This document shows positions 19,918 to 30,112 of a DNA stretch of 32,000 bases, one piece after another. The notes under the pieces were generated by a model, which saw only the letters and a list, made by a program, of their open reading frames with translations, searched no databases and was not told the origin of the DNA. The stretch lies in contig CP006913.1 of NCBI GenBank assembly GCA_000503875.1, positions 30,001 through 62,000 of the forward strand, read 5' to 3'. The position numbers were made by a program, and so were the translations under genes. The DNA is from Candidatus Saccharimonadota bacterium. Its GTDB lineage: Bacteria; Patescibacteriota; Gracilibacteria; Absconditabacterales; Absconditicoccaceae. Position 1 is the stretch's first letter; the number at the start of each line of letters is the position of its first letter.

Positions 19918-21073
19918 AAAGTTTCTTATGTTTCTTATATGAAATAAGATAATGAAGTTTCAGAATAAATGTTATCCCAAATAAAACTCGTCCCAAGATA
20001 GAAAATACTGATATAAAGACAGTAGATTTTGCTGTAGTTTTGTTTTCTTGAATAGATTGAATAATGTCTGTCTTATCAAAAGGACAATTTATTTTTTTGC
20101 TAAGAGATGCTAAGGGATCAAAAGGAAATTGTAATGAAGATGCATTAGTTCCCAAAAAAGCAAGTGCTGCGCATTCTTCATCTGTTGCATAAATAGCTTT
20201 TGCCTTTCCAATCAAGTTTCTATACATCATTGGAGTAAGTGAGTTTTCAAAAACAATTCCGTTTTGAGTAATAAAATTAAATGTTTTTGTACTCATATTT
20301 GCTCATCCATAGTTTTGTTTATCGCTTGCAGAAATAGTAAGTTCAAGTTCTTTTCCAATAGGTAGCCATTTTTTTGGATAAAAAGAAAGCTGATCTTTCT
20401 CCCAAACAAGAGCAGAATCTCATCATGTATAACTTATCCCATCAAAATTTATTATTATAGAATTTGGATTGATTCCTTTGCCTATATCTTTTATTGAAAA
20501 CACAAAATAACTATCTAATCCCAATGTTTGCTTAGTATTTTGAGGTTTTATTAGGGTGATAGTCGGAGGAACAATATCTGGTTCACACTCAGCAACTTTA
20601 GCAAAAGATAATTTTTGTTCTACAAAAACTAAGACTTCTTTGTTGTTTTGATCAATCACATATGATGGTTTACGAATAGCCAAAAGCGATCCGGATGCAT
20701 ATTCATTACTTTTAAAAGAAATAGTAAACAAAGTCGTAGTCTCTCATTGAGGAATTTGTTTGTTTAGTAGTGAAACAATAATTTTATCATATTCTATTTT
20801 GCTGTCCAAAATTCATTTGTAAGCCTCACTTGGTTTGATATCCAAAATCTCCAATTTTTCTGGTTCATAAGAAACTACAAAACGAAAACTTGAAACACTC
20901 TCTTTGCTGCTTGTTTTAATACTTACCGTAGCAGTATGCATACATCAAGCATGTAATTTATCCGCTGGTTCAAATCTATCATCTGCAAATTCTGGTTGAA
21001 TAAAAATCTGAGCAGCATACGTAGAAGATCCCAAGAATAACAATCCTAATGCGAAAAGAGATTTTTTGATCAT
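19883..21073 (-). CDS. Cell-surface protein: signal peptide, cohesin-like and Ig-like domains, C-terminal TM anchor
   Basis: ATG 21073, 396 aa through 7 TGA, joining track ORFs 20423-20731 and 19895-20296. MIKKSLFALGLLFLGSSTYA signal peptide. ...FRFVVSYEPEKLEILDIKP... is cohesin-like. EPDIVPPTITLIKP...FSIKDIGKGINPNSIIINFDG...LTISASDKQNYG is Ig-like. C-terminal STVFISVFSILGRVLFGITFIL followed by a basic tail. Stop TAA 19883-19885. Confidence 0.6.
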
Positions 21074-21100
21074 AGTAGGTATAAAGAAAAATAAATCAGA

Positions 21101-21826
21101 CTATTTTTTGGTAGATTGTTTTTGACTATATTTTTTATATATCTTTTTTCAAATACTTTTAGTTGGTTTTTTTACTGGATTTTCTGCTCTAAAAACTTCA
21201 CAAAGATTATAACAAAGTTCACTAAGGATATAGAGCTGATGTAAGGAAATAATATCAAAAAGAGAATCGCCCTCCTTCAGATTGGTAAAAGCAATAGTAA
21301 TATCTAAGCCATATTCTTTGTTTCCTTTCCATTCTTTCCAATAATTAGCATAAGAGAATTTAAACGAAACAATAGGGTTCTTTGCGTAGACAAGAAAATC
21401 TCTCTGCTTAACAAACGCATCATTTTTGATTATAAGATCAGCGGTTGTTGTATGGCTAAGAATATTTCTAATTAATCTAATTATTTGTTCAAAGTCAAAA
21501 TAATGTTCATATAATCTGGAAACAACAAATTTTTTAAATTTTTCATCGTTTTCTAAAAGCTCTCTCATAATTCCAAAAATACCTCTAAACGAGCTAATTT
21601 CGACCAAGTATCAGAAAATATTTCTTTGATCTGGTTTTTCGTGAATTTGTTTGAGCAACGCTTTAATCATAGATGATTTAATCCCAAAATGTGAGCGTTT
21701 CCCCGTGACAATTGCAATATCCAAAACTTCTTTAGAGAAATCTTTGCTTTGAATCAAAAATTCCAGGTACTTTCCAAGAGAAAGAAATCTGTAATAACTT
21801 TGGAGGAGCTGGAGTTGATTATTCAT
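21101..21826 (-). CDS. Hypothetical protein with RNxxxH (HEPN-like) motif
   Basis: ATG 21826, 241 aa, joining track ORFs 21611-21826 and 21149-21607 through TGA 21611-21613 and TGA 21149-21151. Stop TAG 21101-21103. ...FEQIIRLIRNILSHTTT... places R-N-x3-H at 21452-21469. Basic C-terminal tail. No other family recognised. Confidence 0.5.
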
Positions 21827-21852
21827 TGGGTAGTAAGTAGATAAATATCTTT

Positions 21853-22992
21853 CTAATCATCATCTTCCTCATCTTCTTCGTCAACTACTTCTTCCGTTTT
21901 TTTCTTATGTACTTTTTCAAATCATAGTTGTCCACAAGCCGATTTTACACTTCTTCCCATCGAATCTCTCACGGTTGTTGTTATTCCAAATTTCTCCAAA
22001 ACTCTTTGAAATTCACGAATGGTTTCCATATCACTTTCTCCCAATTTAATGGCTGGATTTGTATTATAAGGAATCAAATTTACATGGGCCAATCTTCCAC
22101 GGAGCAACTGGCAAAGTTGTTTCGCAAGTTCTGGTTTGTCGGTCACATCTTTGATCATAATATATTCATAGAAAATTCTATTATTAGTCGCTTTTACATA
22201 TTCATCTATTGAACGCATCAAATCATTTAACTTGTAAGTTCTCGCAATAGGCATAATTTTTTCACGAAGATCTTGATTTGGTGCGTGAAGAGAGATCGCG
22301 AGTTTCACATCGATCATATCTGTTACCATTTTTTTGATTCCTGGAATTATTCCTGCAGTAGAGATCGTGATATGTCTTTTTGACAAAGAAAGTCTATCTT
22401 GTTGGAGCATTACTTGAATAGCATGTTTCATATTGTCGTAGTTCAAAAGCGGTTCTCCCATACCCATAAACACTACATTTCTCACGGCATGCAAAGTGTT
22501 ATCATCTTTTTTACCAAACTTCTTTTTGATATAATTATTTGCATAAAGGACTTGTGAAATTATTTCATCTCGAGTTAAGTTTCTACTGAAGCCAAGTTTC
22601 CCAGTTACACAAAAAAGACAATTTACAGGACATCCCACTTGTGAAGAAATACACAAGGTGATTCTATTTATTTTTGGTGTATTGTTTTTGACATGTTTTG
22701 CAGGTTGTCGATGATAGATAATCACGGTCTCAATTAGGTGTCCATCATGAGTTGTAAATCAGATTTTAGTTGTCTGTTTATCTTCTTTAATAGCCGTTGC
22801 TTCAAGAGAAATAGGCACAAAGTGTTCAGCTAATTCAGCTCTCATTTCCTTTGAAATTGTAGTCATATCATCAAAATCAATATTCTGATTTTTGTATATT
22901 TCATAAAAAATCTGTTTAACTTTAAACGGTTGGACTTTCTTTTCTTTGGCATAATTTGCTATTGCTTCATCGTCGAATAATACGTGTTTCAT
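21853..22992 (-). CDS. rlmN: Radical SAM 23S rRNA/tRNA adenine-C2 methyltransferase (RlmN/Cfr family)
   Basis: ATG 22992, 379 aa through TGA 22759-22761 and TGA 21922-21924. ...CISSQVGCPVNCLFCVTG... is the Cx3Cx2C motif. FMGMGEPLLN, ISTAG, SLHAP, NLIPYN, ...GRSVKSACGQL. Acidic tail EEVVDEEDEEDDD. Stop TAG 21853-21855. Confidence 0.9.
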
Positions 22993-23101
22993 AAATTGAA
23001 ATATTTTTATAATTAAAAATTTTAAATAATGATATTATTAACTTGATTTCTATTGTTTTTCCAACAAAAAACTAGGGAAAATTATATATTTCTATTTGCT
23101 A

Positions 23102-23129
23102 TTGACATTATATAAAAAATAGTTATAGT
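23102..23129 (+). promoter_or_regulatory. Putative sigma70-type promoter for the gene starting at 23161
   Basis: TTGACA (23102-23107), 16 nt, TATAGT (23124-23129), about 30 nt upstream of ATG 23161 in a 168-bp AT-rich divergent intergenic region. In a genome this AT-rich, chance matches are common. Confidence 0.4.
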
Positions 23130-23160
23130 GGTGGTATGTATTTATCTGTTATATATAATT

Positions 23161-23889
23161 ATGGCAACCAAAGATTTAAAAAAGATTGAACACGCACCAG
23201 AAAGACATGAGATAGCTGAAGATATAGTATCTATCAGAAATTTAAAATCTTTTACTCAAGAAAAAAGAGAGGTGCTTATCAAAGAACTTCTTGCTCAAAA
23301 AGAACTTACGCAAACACCAAGAGCGTATCCATTCCCGCAACATAAATGATATGCAGAAGTATGGAAATCTCTTACTCCAGATCAACAAAAAGAAATGAAA
23401 GACAATATCAGAGTGACTACTGACGGGAAAGTAGAAATGATTAAGATGAAAAAGAAATTTTCTGCGCTTACAGCTAAACATAACGGAAAAGATATCTTTG
23501 ATGGAAGTCATGTAGATGGAAATTGAAATACAGGAATCAAAGGAGTAACGTATTTAACAGGTAAAGCAGCCGAAAAGGAAGCAAAAAATCAAAGAAAAAA
23601 ACTATTAAAAGATAAATCAGAAATTGAACAATTTATTAGTTTCTTTCCTGGAGAAGGCACAAAAGAGAAAGTATTTAATTTTGTCAAGTTATTTGGCTTA
23701 GAAAAGGCTGGGTGTTGGCATCCTAATAATAAGGAATGGAACGGTGTCGGGTCTGTCGGCTATGTAAGGTTGTCTCGAGTAAATGGCAATGATAATGTAT
23801 ACGTACTCAAATGGTTTAATGATAATGTAAGTATAAATCGAGGCAATCAGGAATATCCGTCTCCTTTTCTTGCCTTTGAGGACTGCTAA
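23161..23889 (+). CDS. Hypothetical protein (possible degenerate FISUMP/DUF1566-like C-terminal module)
   Basis: ATG 23161, preferred over the track's GTG 23128. 242 aa through 2 TGA. Stop TAA 23887-23889. The C-terminus ...GLEKAGCWHPNNKEWNGVGSVGYVRLSRVNGNDNVYVLKWFNDNVSINRGNQEYPSPFLAFEDC loosely resembles FISUMP-type domains. No signal peptide was seen. Confidence 0.45.
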
Positions 23890-23901
23890 TTTTAAAACCA
23901 T

Positions 23902-23936
23902 AAAGATCAGCTTTCATTAGCTGGTCTTTTTCTTTA
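23902..23936 (+). terminator. Intrinsic terminator
   Basis: AAAGATCAGCT-ttcatt-AGCTGGTCTTT is an 11-bp stem with one G:U pair. It is followed by ttttcttt and starts 13 nt after the stop at 23889. Confidence 0.65.
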
Positions 23937-24002
23937 ATAAAATCAGATTTGCATTATCTTCCTAAATTTTTATAAGGAATACGTTTATATTACTATCTAG
24001 TA

Positions 24003-25616
24003 ATGAAATTTTTTTGAATTGAAAAAAGAAATGTTTCCACGCGAAAACCACTTCAGGCAGTTAGTGTAGTTTTTTTTATCCTTTTGGCTGCTGCTTTTTC
24101 TTTGATTTTATTTTACCATAAAATTTCTCTCTTCCTTTTTGAAAAGGATAAAATAGATGTTTTCAAAGAAGATTTACAACAAATAGCTATTTATTTTCTT
24201 CCTATTGATAAACAAGTTGCCCACTTCTTGGTAACATTAGACCATATTATTCAAGGATATCTCGCAGGAGAAAATATTCTCATCACCCAAGAAAAAGAAA
24301 TAGAGGAAACTCGAGAATATATGCAAAAAAACAAGAGTTATCTCAAAAAAATGTGATTTGCATGATATGAAAAAATTATAGATTTTGTAGCAGATTTACG
24401 AAAATATAAATCAGAATTTTTTGATTTGATGGGAAAAAATAAACCTTACAATTATCTCGTGATCTTACAAAATACAAATGAAAAGAGACCAAATGGATGA
24501 TTCTTCTGATCATTTGCATTTATTACAATGGATAAGGGGCATATAAAAAATCTAGAAATTGTTGATTCGTATTATCCAGATTTCATTGCTTATCGTACGC
24601 GTATTATGGCGCCAGAATGGACTTCTGCATTTCTTCCTGATCGTAAGATAGGATTTATTGCAGGAAATAAATTTGGATTCACGGATATCGATGGGAAAAA
24701 TCTCAAAGATCTCTATGAAAAAATGTTCAATGAAACCTACGAAATGCGAAAAGTGAAACAGACGATGGCACCAGATTTATACGAGAAATTGCTGAACAAA
24801 TATATCAAATGAGTAATCTTCATTAGATCAGATACCATAGAAGAGATTATTCCTGGATTTAGAGAAAAGATCTGGGAATGGCAATTTCTCAACGCTTCTG
24901 TCGATCTTTTGAGAGGAGAAATTCGCGGAAACAAAAAAGAAATGTATATCCAAGAAGTGAAATCTTTTTTTGCAAAACATAGAACCGATATTATCAAAAA
25001 TGTCGTAAATAATTTTGAAGAACTTACAAAAAAACAAGCAATTAATATCTGGCTGTCGAATGTAAGTACGGGGATGCAAGAAACTATTCAAAAAAACAAT
25101 CTGATAAACACCTTCAAAACAGGGTTTATGTACGCTTGGGATACCAATACTTCTTTTGATAAGGTAGATGGTTTTGTCACCAAATATATCCAAATCAAAG
25201 ACGCTAATAATGATACAGTCAAAGAAATGCGAGGAGATATCATCGATATTAATGATCTCTCAAAAGGTAAATATACCATGGGTATTTCTTATGAACTCAA
25301 AGTCCCTGATCAATATATTGCCTTTATCAAAGGATTAGAAAAAAAATACGATATCGAAATTACGGATAGAGAAAAATGAATATTAGCAATTCAATCTAGT
25401 GTTTTTGATGATCCAAAACGAGGAAAAGTTACCAAATGGCGAGAGACAAAATCTACTCTGTATGTACCCAAAAATATTGTTATCACCGATGTTGAAGGAG
25501 AAACTTTATATGACGAAAAATTTACAACACCATTTGCCAATGGATTGTTTTACCAGATATTAATCAATACAAATAATACCAAAAAATCTGTGAAAATAAA
25601 TTTCGAAATGAAATAA
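24003..25616 (+). CDS. DUF4012-family membrane-anchored protein
   Basis: ATG 24003, 537 aa through 7 TGA, joining track ORFs 24084, 24528 and 24909. N-terminal TM VSVVFFILLAAAFSLILFY. YLVILQNTNEKRPNG[G]FF[G]SFAFITMDKGHI matches the DUF4012 core (QN..E.R..GGF.GS). Stop TAA 25614-25616. Confidence 0.65.
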
Positions 25617-25955
25617 TTATTTACCAATAGTATTTTTTCTCATTTTAGTCCTTGTCCAACCTGACATCGGAGCAACAACCATTTCTGATCCACCAGAAGG
25701 TGTTCTAATATATCTATATCCATCAGGATCTAGTCTAAGTCTTGTTTCCCAGCAAATTTTTCTACCTCTCAAAAATCGGTGATAATCACGCCCCTTTGGA
25801 TTTGTCCAAACTCCTACAGCACCAAGATCTTTCCCTTCTTCTAGGGTAAGTTTTCTTTTTGGATATTCAAATCTTTTCATTCCTTTGAGTCTATTTGCTT
25901 GTTTCGATTGTATCGCTTTTTTCTTAGCAATTCCTTGTTTATTTGTTCTAGCCAT
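25617..25955 (-). CDS. Small basic hypothetical protein
   Basis: Intact track ORF of 112 aa, rich in Lys and Arg, with no TGA codons. ...GVWTNPKGRDYHRFLRGRKICWETRLRLDPDGYRYIRTPSGG... Its stop codon (25617-25619) directly abuts the stop of the convergent DUF4012 gene. No family recognised. Confidence 0.5.
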   Translation of the reverse strand: MARTNKQGIAKKKAIQSKQANRLKGMKRFEYPKRKLTLEEGKDLGAVGVWTNPKGRDYHRFLRGRKICWETRLRLDPDGYRYIRTPSGGSEMVVAPMSGWTRTKMRKNTIGK

Positions 25956-26022
25956 TTTTATAATGTTAAATTTAAATATTTAATTGTAGATTAGCAAGTT
26001 ATTTATAATAAATATCTTATAA

Positions 26023-26670
26023 TTATCAACCAATAATTTTTATCAACTCTTCAAATACTTTTTCAATCGGCTGATCACCGTTGATATGACGAACCAAGCC
26101 TTGTGCTTCTAATTTTGCTAAAGTAGGAATACAGAGTTCTTCATACCAAGCAAATCTGGTCTCTATTTTTTCAATCATTTGATCATCAGTTCTTTGATAC
26201 AGGTCTTTAGACTGGCAAATAGGACATTGAGCAATATCATGAAGATGCTGATTCAATATAGCACCACATCATTTACAAAGCCATCTTGCTGTTAATCTTT
26301 TGATTCCTATTTCTTTGCTGATATCCAAAATCACCCAAAGAAATTCTTTATTATATGATTTCATAAGTTCTATAAATTGTTCGGTTTCTCCTGGTTTTCT
26401 TGGAAAACCATCAAGCAACATTCCCTTTCCTTCTTCCATGGAAAGGAGAAATAATTCAAACAATTTTACCATAAAAACATCAGGAACTGCGTTTCCATGA
26501 TCGATCAACGATCCGATATAATCGCCAATTGTATTAGGTCTACTCTGTAATGTTCTCAACATTCCTCAAGCTTCAAAATATTTAATTTTATCTCAAAAAT
26601 GCTGGAGGAGCAAGTTTGCTTGAGTTCCTTTTCCAGATCATTGAATTCCAGATAAGATAATATTTTTCAT
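26023..26670 (-). CDS. adk: Adenylate kinase (zinc-lid type)
   Basis: ATG 26670. MKNIILSGIQ[G]SGKGTQANLLLQHF[G]... is the P-loop, with TGA at 26638-26640. ...LLDGFPRK... The lid reads CK[G]CGAI...CPICQS. It ends ...KIIG[G] with TAA 26023-26025. Joins track ORFs 26269-26562 and 26026-26256. Confidence 0.9.
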
Positions 26671-26693
26671 TCAAAAACGATACCATATAAAAT

Positions 26694-27698
26694 CTATTTA
26701 TTTCTGAGTCTCTCAAGTTCTTCTAACATCTGATAAATCAAAATACTTGCATAGGATCCGCTCGGCAAACTAAATTCAATCAACAGATCGTCATTTTGAT
26801 ATCTCACACGCGTTTCGCTTGGCATTACCCAAATTGGTCTTGGAATTCCAAAGATCTTATTTTTTTTATAACAAGCAAAGAATTCTGAATTAATTTTATA
26901 TTTTTCCATAAATTTTTTCTGAATTACTCATGCTTTCGTAGTTGGTTTTGCAATCGCTACATCATCTCCGAAGACGGGTCACGTGATCTGTCCATCTTTA
27001 ATAATTTCACCTTCAATCATCATTCTTCCTAGGGGTAATCTCTCTTTAAGATATTGGTTGAACAACCAACTGGCATATGCTTGAAGTTTGAATCTTGCTT
27101 CAAAATTATCTTTGATCGAGGTTTTCTTCTCTACGATTGCCTTCCCAATTTCCCAGTTTTTCCCATTGATTCCAAATCTCTGTGTTCCAAAGAAATTGGG
27201 AAATCCTTCTTCGAATAACTTCTCCACAATTTTTTGTGCACGTATTTTTGTCTGTTCTCCCAGTGCTTGTGTGGCTCTAAGTCTAATAGAGAAATGATTA
27301 GTGATATTATCGGTCATCTGGACAGGTTTGATATGATATGTTGTTTCAATGATTTTTGCTACACGAGAAAGCGTATTTAAGAATACTTCTTCACCTCCCA
27401 TTTTTTTCAAGGCACTCTGATAGATGCTGATCCATTGTCTGGTGATTGCATCTTTATCTTTGAGTCCAGCAACTCATAAGGTAAGTCTAGATATATGCAA
27501 TTCATTACATAGGAAGTTGATAATACCCATTGTTGTCATATTTTGTTTTTCAAAATAGACGAAAAAGGCATCTCCCGTTCAATCTAATTCAAAAGGCAAA
27601 CGTTCTTCAACAATAAAATCATATGATTTTTGTTTAAAAAGAAAGAGTGGTTTTGCTTCTTCATAATTTGATGATTTTGTCATTGGAATGATGGTCAT
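26694..27698 (-). CDS. truD: tRNA pseudouridine synthase TruD/Pus7 family
   Basis: ATG 27698, with an alternative at 27683. 334 aa through 4 TGA. ...L[G]VAGLKDKDAITRQW... is the catalytic-Asp motif GxKD. ...FPNFFGTQRFG... Joins track ORFs 26979-27410 and 26694-26909. Stop TAG 26694-26696. Confidence 0.82.
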
Positions 27699-27707
27699 AA
27701 GGTGAAA

Positions 27708-29225
27708 CTATTTTTGAATAATATTTATTTTAATTCTAGATTTAAGTTTTGTTACTGAAGTATACCACGGTGGTCTAACACTTATGGTTGCTGATGAAAT
27801 TTCCGGATAGCCAAGAAGCAATAATTTGGCTTTTTCTTTATTTATTCCTACAATACTTGTTTTAATGGTATCCAAAATATTATTAATATCTTTTTGAAAA
27901 TCATATCATTGAATAATAGTTAGTTTTGTTGGAATAATATATGCTCATAAAGCATCTTTTTTTATGGTAGAAAAGAAAACCACAGAAGATCTATCAATGG
28001 TAATAAGTTTAACTTTATCAGAAGGTCTTTGTTTGAGGTAAAGTTCAGTTTGCGTAAATAAATCAGATTGTTGAATATAAGCAAACGAAAGACGGGCAAC
28101 AATAGATCCTTTGAGATAGGGCACTTTTTCTTGTGCTTTATTTTCAATAGAAGTAGAAAGAATTTCGATACCAATCAGATCATCAAAATGGAGAAAAATT
28201 TGTCCAGGCAAAGTAAAATTCTGATTTATAATATTTTGTTTTTGTTGTTTAATGGTTGAGATAAGTTTTCATGAAAGCGCTTCAATATCTTTTTGTGTTA
28301 CAATACCTTCTGAAGTCATAGATCAACCAGAAAATTGAGCCGTTGCTACAGCATAAATATTTTTTAGAAAGAAACTTTCTTTGAGATTTTTAATATATAA
28401 AGTTGTATCTTTGGTAATATTACCTCTTGCTCCAATAACATTTCCTTCTTCATCCTGATCACTTGCAACAATTTCAACAATTTTATCAGAATGAGGGTCT
28501 AATTTGAACCAATCTTTTGATTTAAAAACAAGTCAGTCATCTGTTACAAATCTGGTTCATTTTAATAGATTATATTCTTTTTCTGTAGGGTTAAGAACTC
28601 TGATTGTTCATTGTGATGGACTTTGAATGTGCTTGATGTTTTTTACGCTGATTGATAACGTATATTTATAATCAATAAATCATGTTTGATAAGGAATAGC
28701 AAGATTTTTTGTTTGAAGAGCGAATTCTTTATCATTTGCAGGATAATAACGGAAATTATAAATTATATTTTCTGACTGATTAGCGGGATAGATATCAATA
28801 ATAGTTCTTGGAAGAATCAGTGAATACAAAAAATACAAAATAATCAATGCAAAGGCTACCTCAAATCCGAAAATCATATAAAACATATAGTTTTTTTTGG
28901 TATATGCTTGGAGATGAAATTGTTTGATATTAAAAAAGAATAGATAAACGAGATGTAATATCTTCAATAATTTATGTTTTTCTTGATGAATAATAGGAAG
29001 TCCGATTTTTTCAAAAAATCTTTTTGAATTTTCTGTTTTGGTAATAAAAAATGCGTGAATATTTCTTTGTTGTAAAAGTTCTTGAATTTGTTTTCCCCAC
29101 CATTCATTATCAAAAAAAGCATGCTCAGGATCTATGGAAATATGAACGGTTTTTCCATTGGGAAGCTTTTCGAGCGTTTTGAATATTTTATATAAACTGT
29201 GGTCTTTGAGAAAAAAAAGTTTCAT
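27708..29225 (-). CDS. Large single-pass membrane protein of unknown function (architecture resembles CPR proteins often annotated baseplate J/gp47-like)
   Basis: ATG 29225, 505 aa through 8 TGA (verified line by line), joining track ORFs 28680-29225 and 27945-28211. Stop TAG 27708-27710. N-terminal cytoplasmic domain, then TM YMFYMIFGFEVAFALIILYFLYSLIL, then the extracytoplasmic region ...TRFVTDD[G]LVFKSKDWFKLDPHSDKIVEIVASDQDEEGNVIGARGNITKD... Confidence 0.55.
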
Positions 29226-29274
29226 TCGTCAGTACTATATCTTTTAAAGCTTTTGATTTTTTATATTTTGATTG

Positions 29275-30069
29275 TTAGTTTTCCAAAATTGGTTTTGGAG
29301 TATTTCGTTTTTTATGATAATAGAGACAAAGCATAATAACAAAGAATGAGAGATGTTGTTTGATATCAAGACTAATATTTCCCATAGAAATTACCATATA
29401 TCTTGGATATTGTTGTATCATTAGAATGATATTGATCATGATCAGTAAATATGCTAATCATTGTAATCAAAACCCTCTCTTTTTCCAAATAATTCTTCTT
29501 ATATGAACAGCAAGTGCAATTGCTAATGCTCCCAAAGAAAGGAACAATCCAATAGGATATACTGCATCAAATTTATTTCGTTGGCTTTCTGAATGAAGAG
29601 CTTTCATTCCCAAAAAGGAATCAGTAGTGTTTCCTATAAAATTATCTCCCAAAAGCAAGAAAATCCCCAAAGGAACAATACACAAAGTAAACGCATAAAA
29701 AAAGATATCTGCCCAGATTTTTTTATTTTCTACTGTTTTTATTTTTTTGAAAAAAGAGCAAAGTGCTATAACTAACCCCAATAAAATACCAGCAAAATGG
29801 AATTTATATCAATAAGGTCCAACAATAGAAATCAATTGTTCGATAGTTGTTGGTATTATTGCTTGATTGGAAAGCATAAATTGAACATATGAACCCAAAA
29901 AATACACTAAAGTAATTACTAGAGGAAGTCGATAGAAAAATCTCCAAAATCCCTGTAAATACCTTTTGCTTAGGTACCAAACAATGATAATAAACGTAAG
30001 AAAAGAAATAACAATACCAATTCCTGTCATGTAAATTTTCGCTCACCAGATGGTAAGATAGGGATACAT
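29275..30069 (-). CDS. lgt: Prolipoprotein diacylglyceryl transferase-like membrane protein (divergent Lgt)
   Basis: ATG 30069, 264 aa through 4 TGA, joining track ORFs 29809-30030 and 29467-29781. MYPYLTIW[G]AKIYMTGIGIVISF..., ...Y[G]YKFHFAGILLG..., ...LLLGDNFIGN..., ...AVYPIGLFLSLGA... are Lgt-like but divergent. Stop TAA 29275-29277. Confidence 0.55.
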
Positions 30070-30112
30070 ACTATCAATTAACAATTAAAAGCTAACAGCT
30101 AAGCACCAAAAA

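Noticed and set aside
25617-25955. Absence of TGA codons in the 112-aa basic protein as evidence for horizontal acquisition from a standard-code donor or phage
   Set aside because: Only about 12 Gly codons are involved, and other native genes such as sdpR, L23, L24 and S14 also lack TGA. This is statistically too weak without genome-wide codon statistics.
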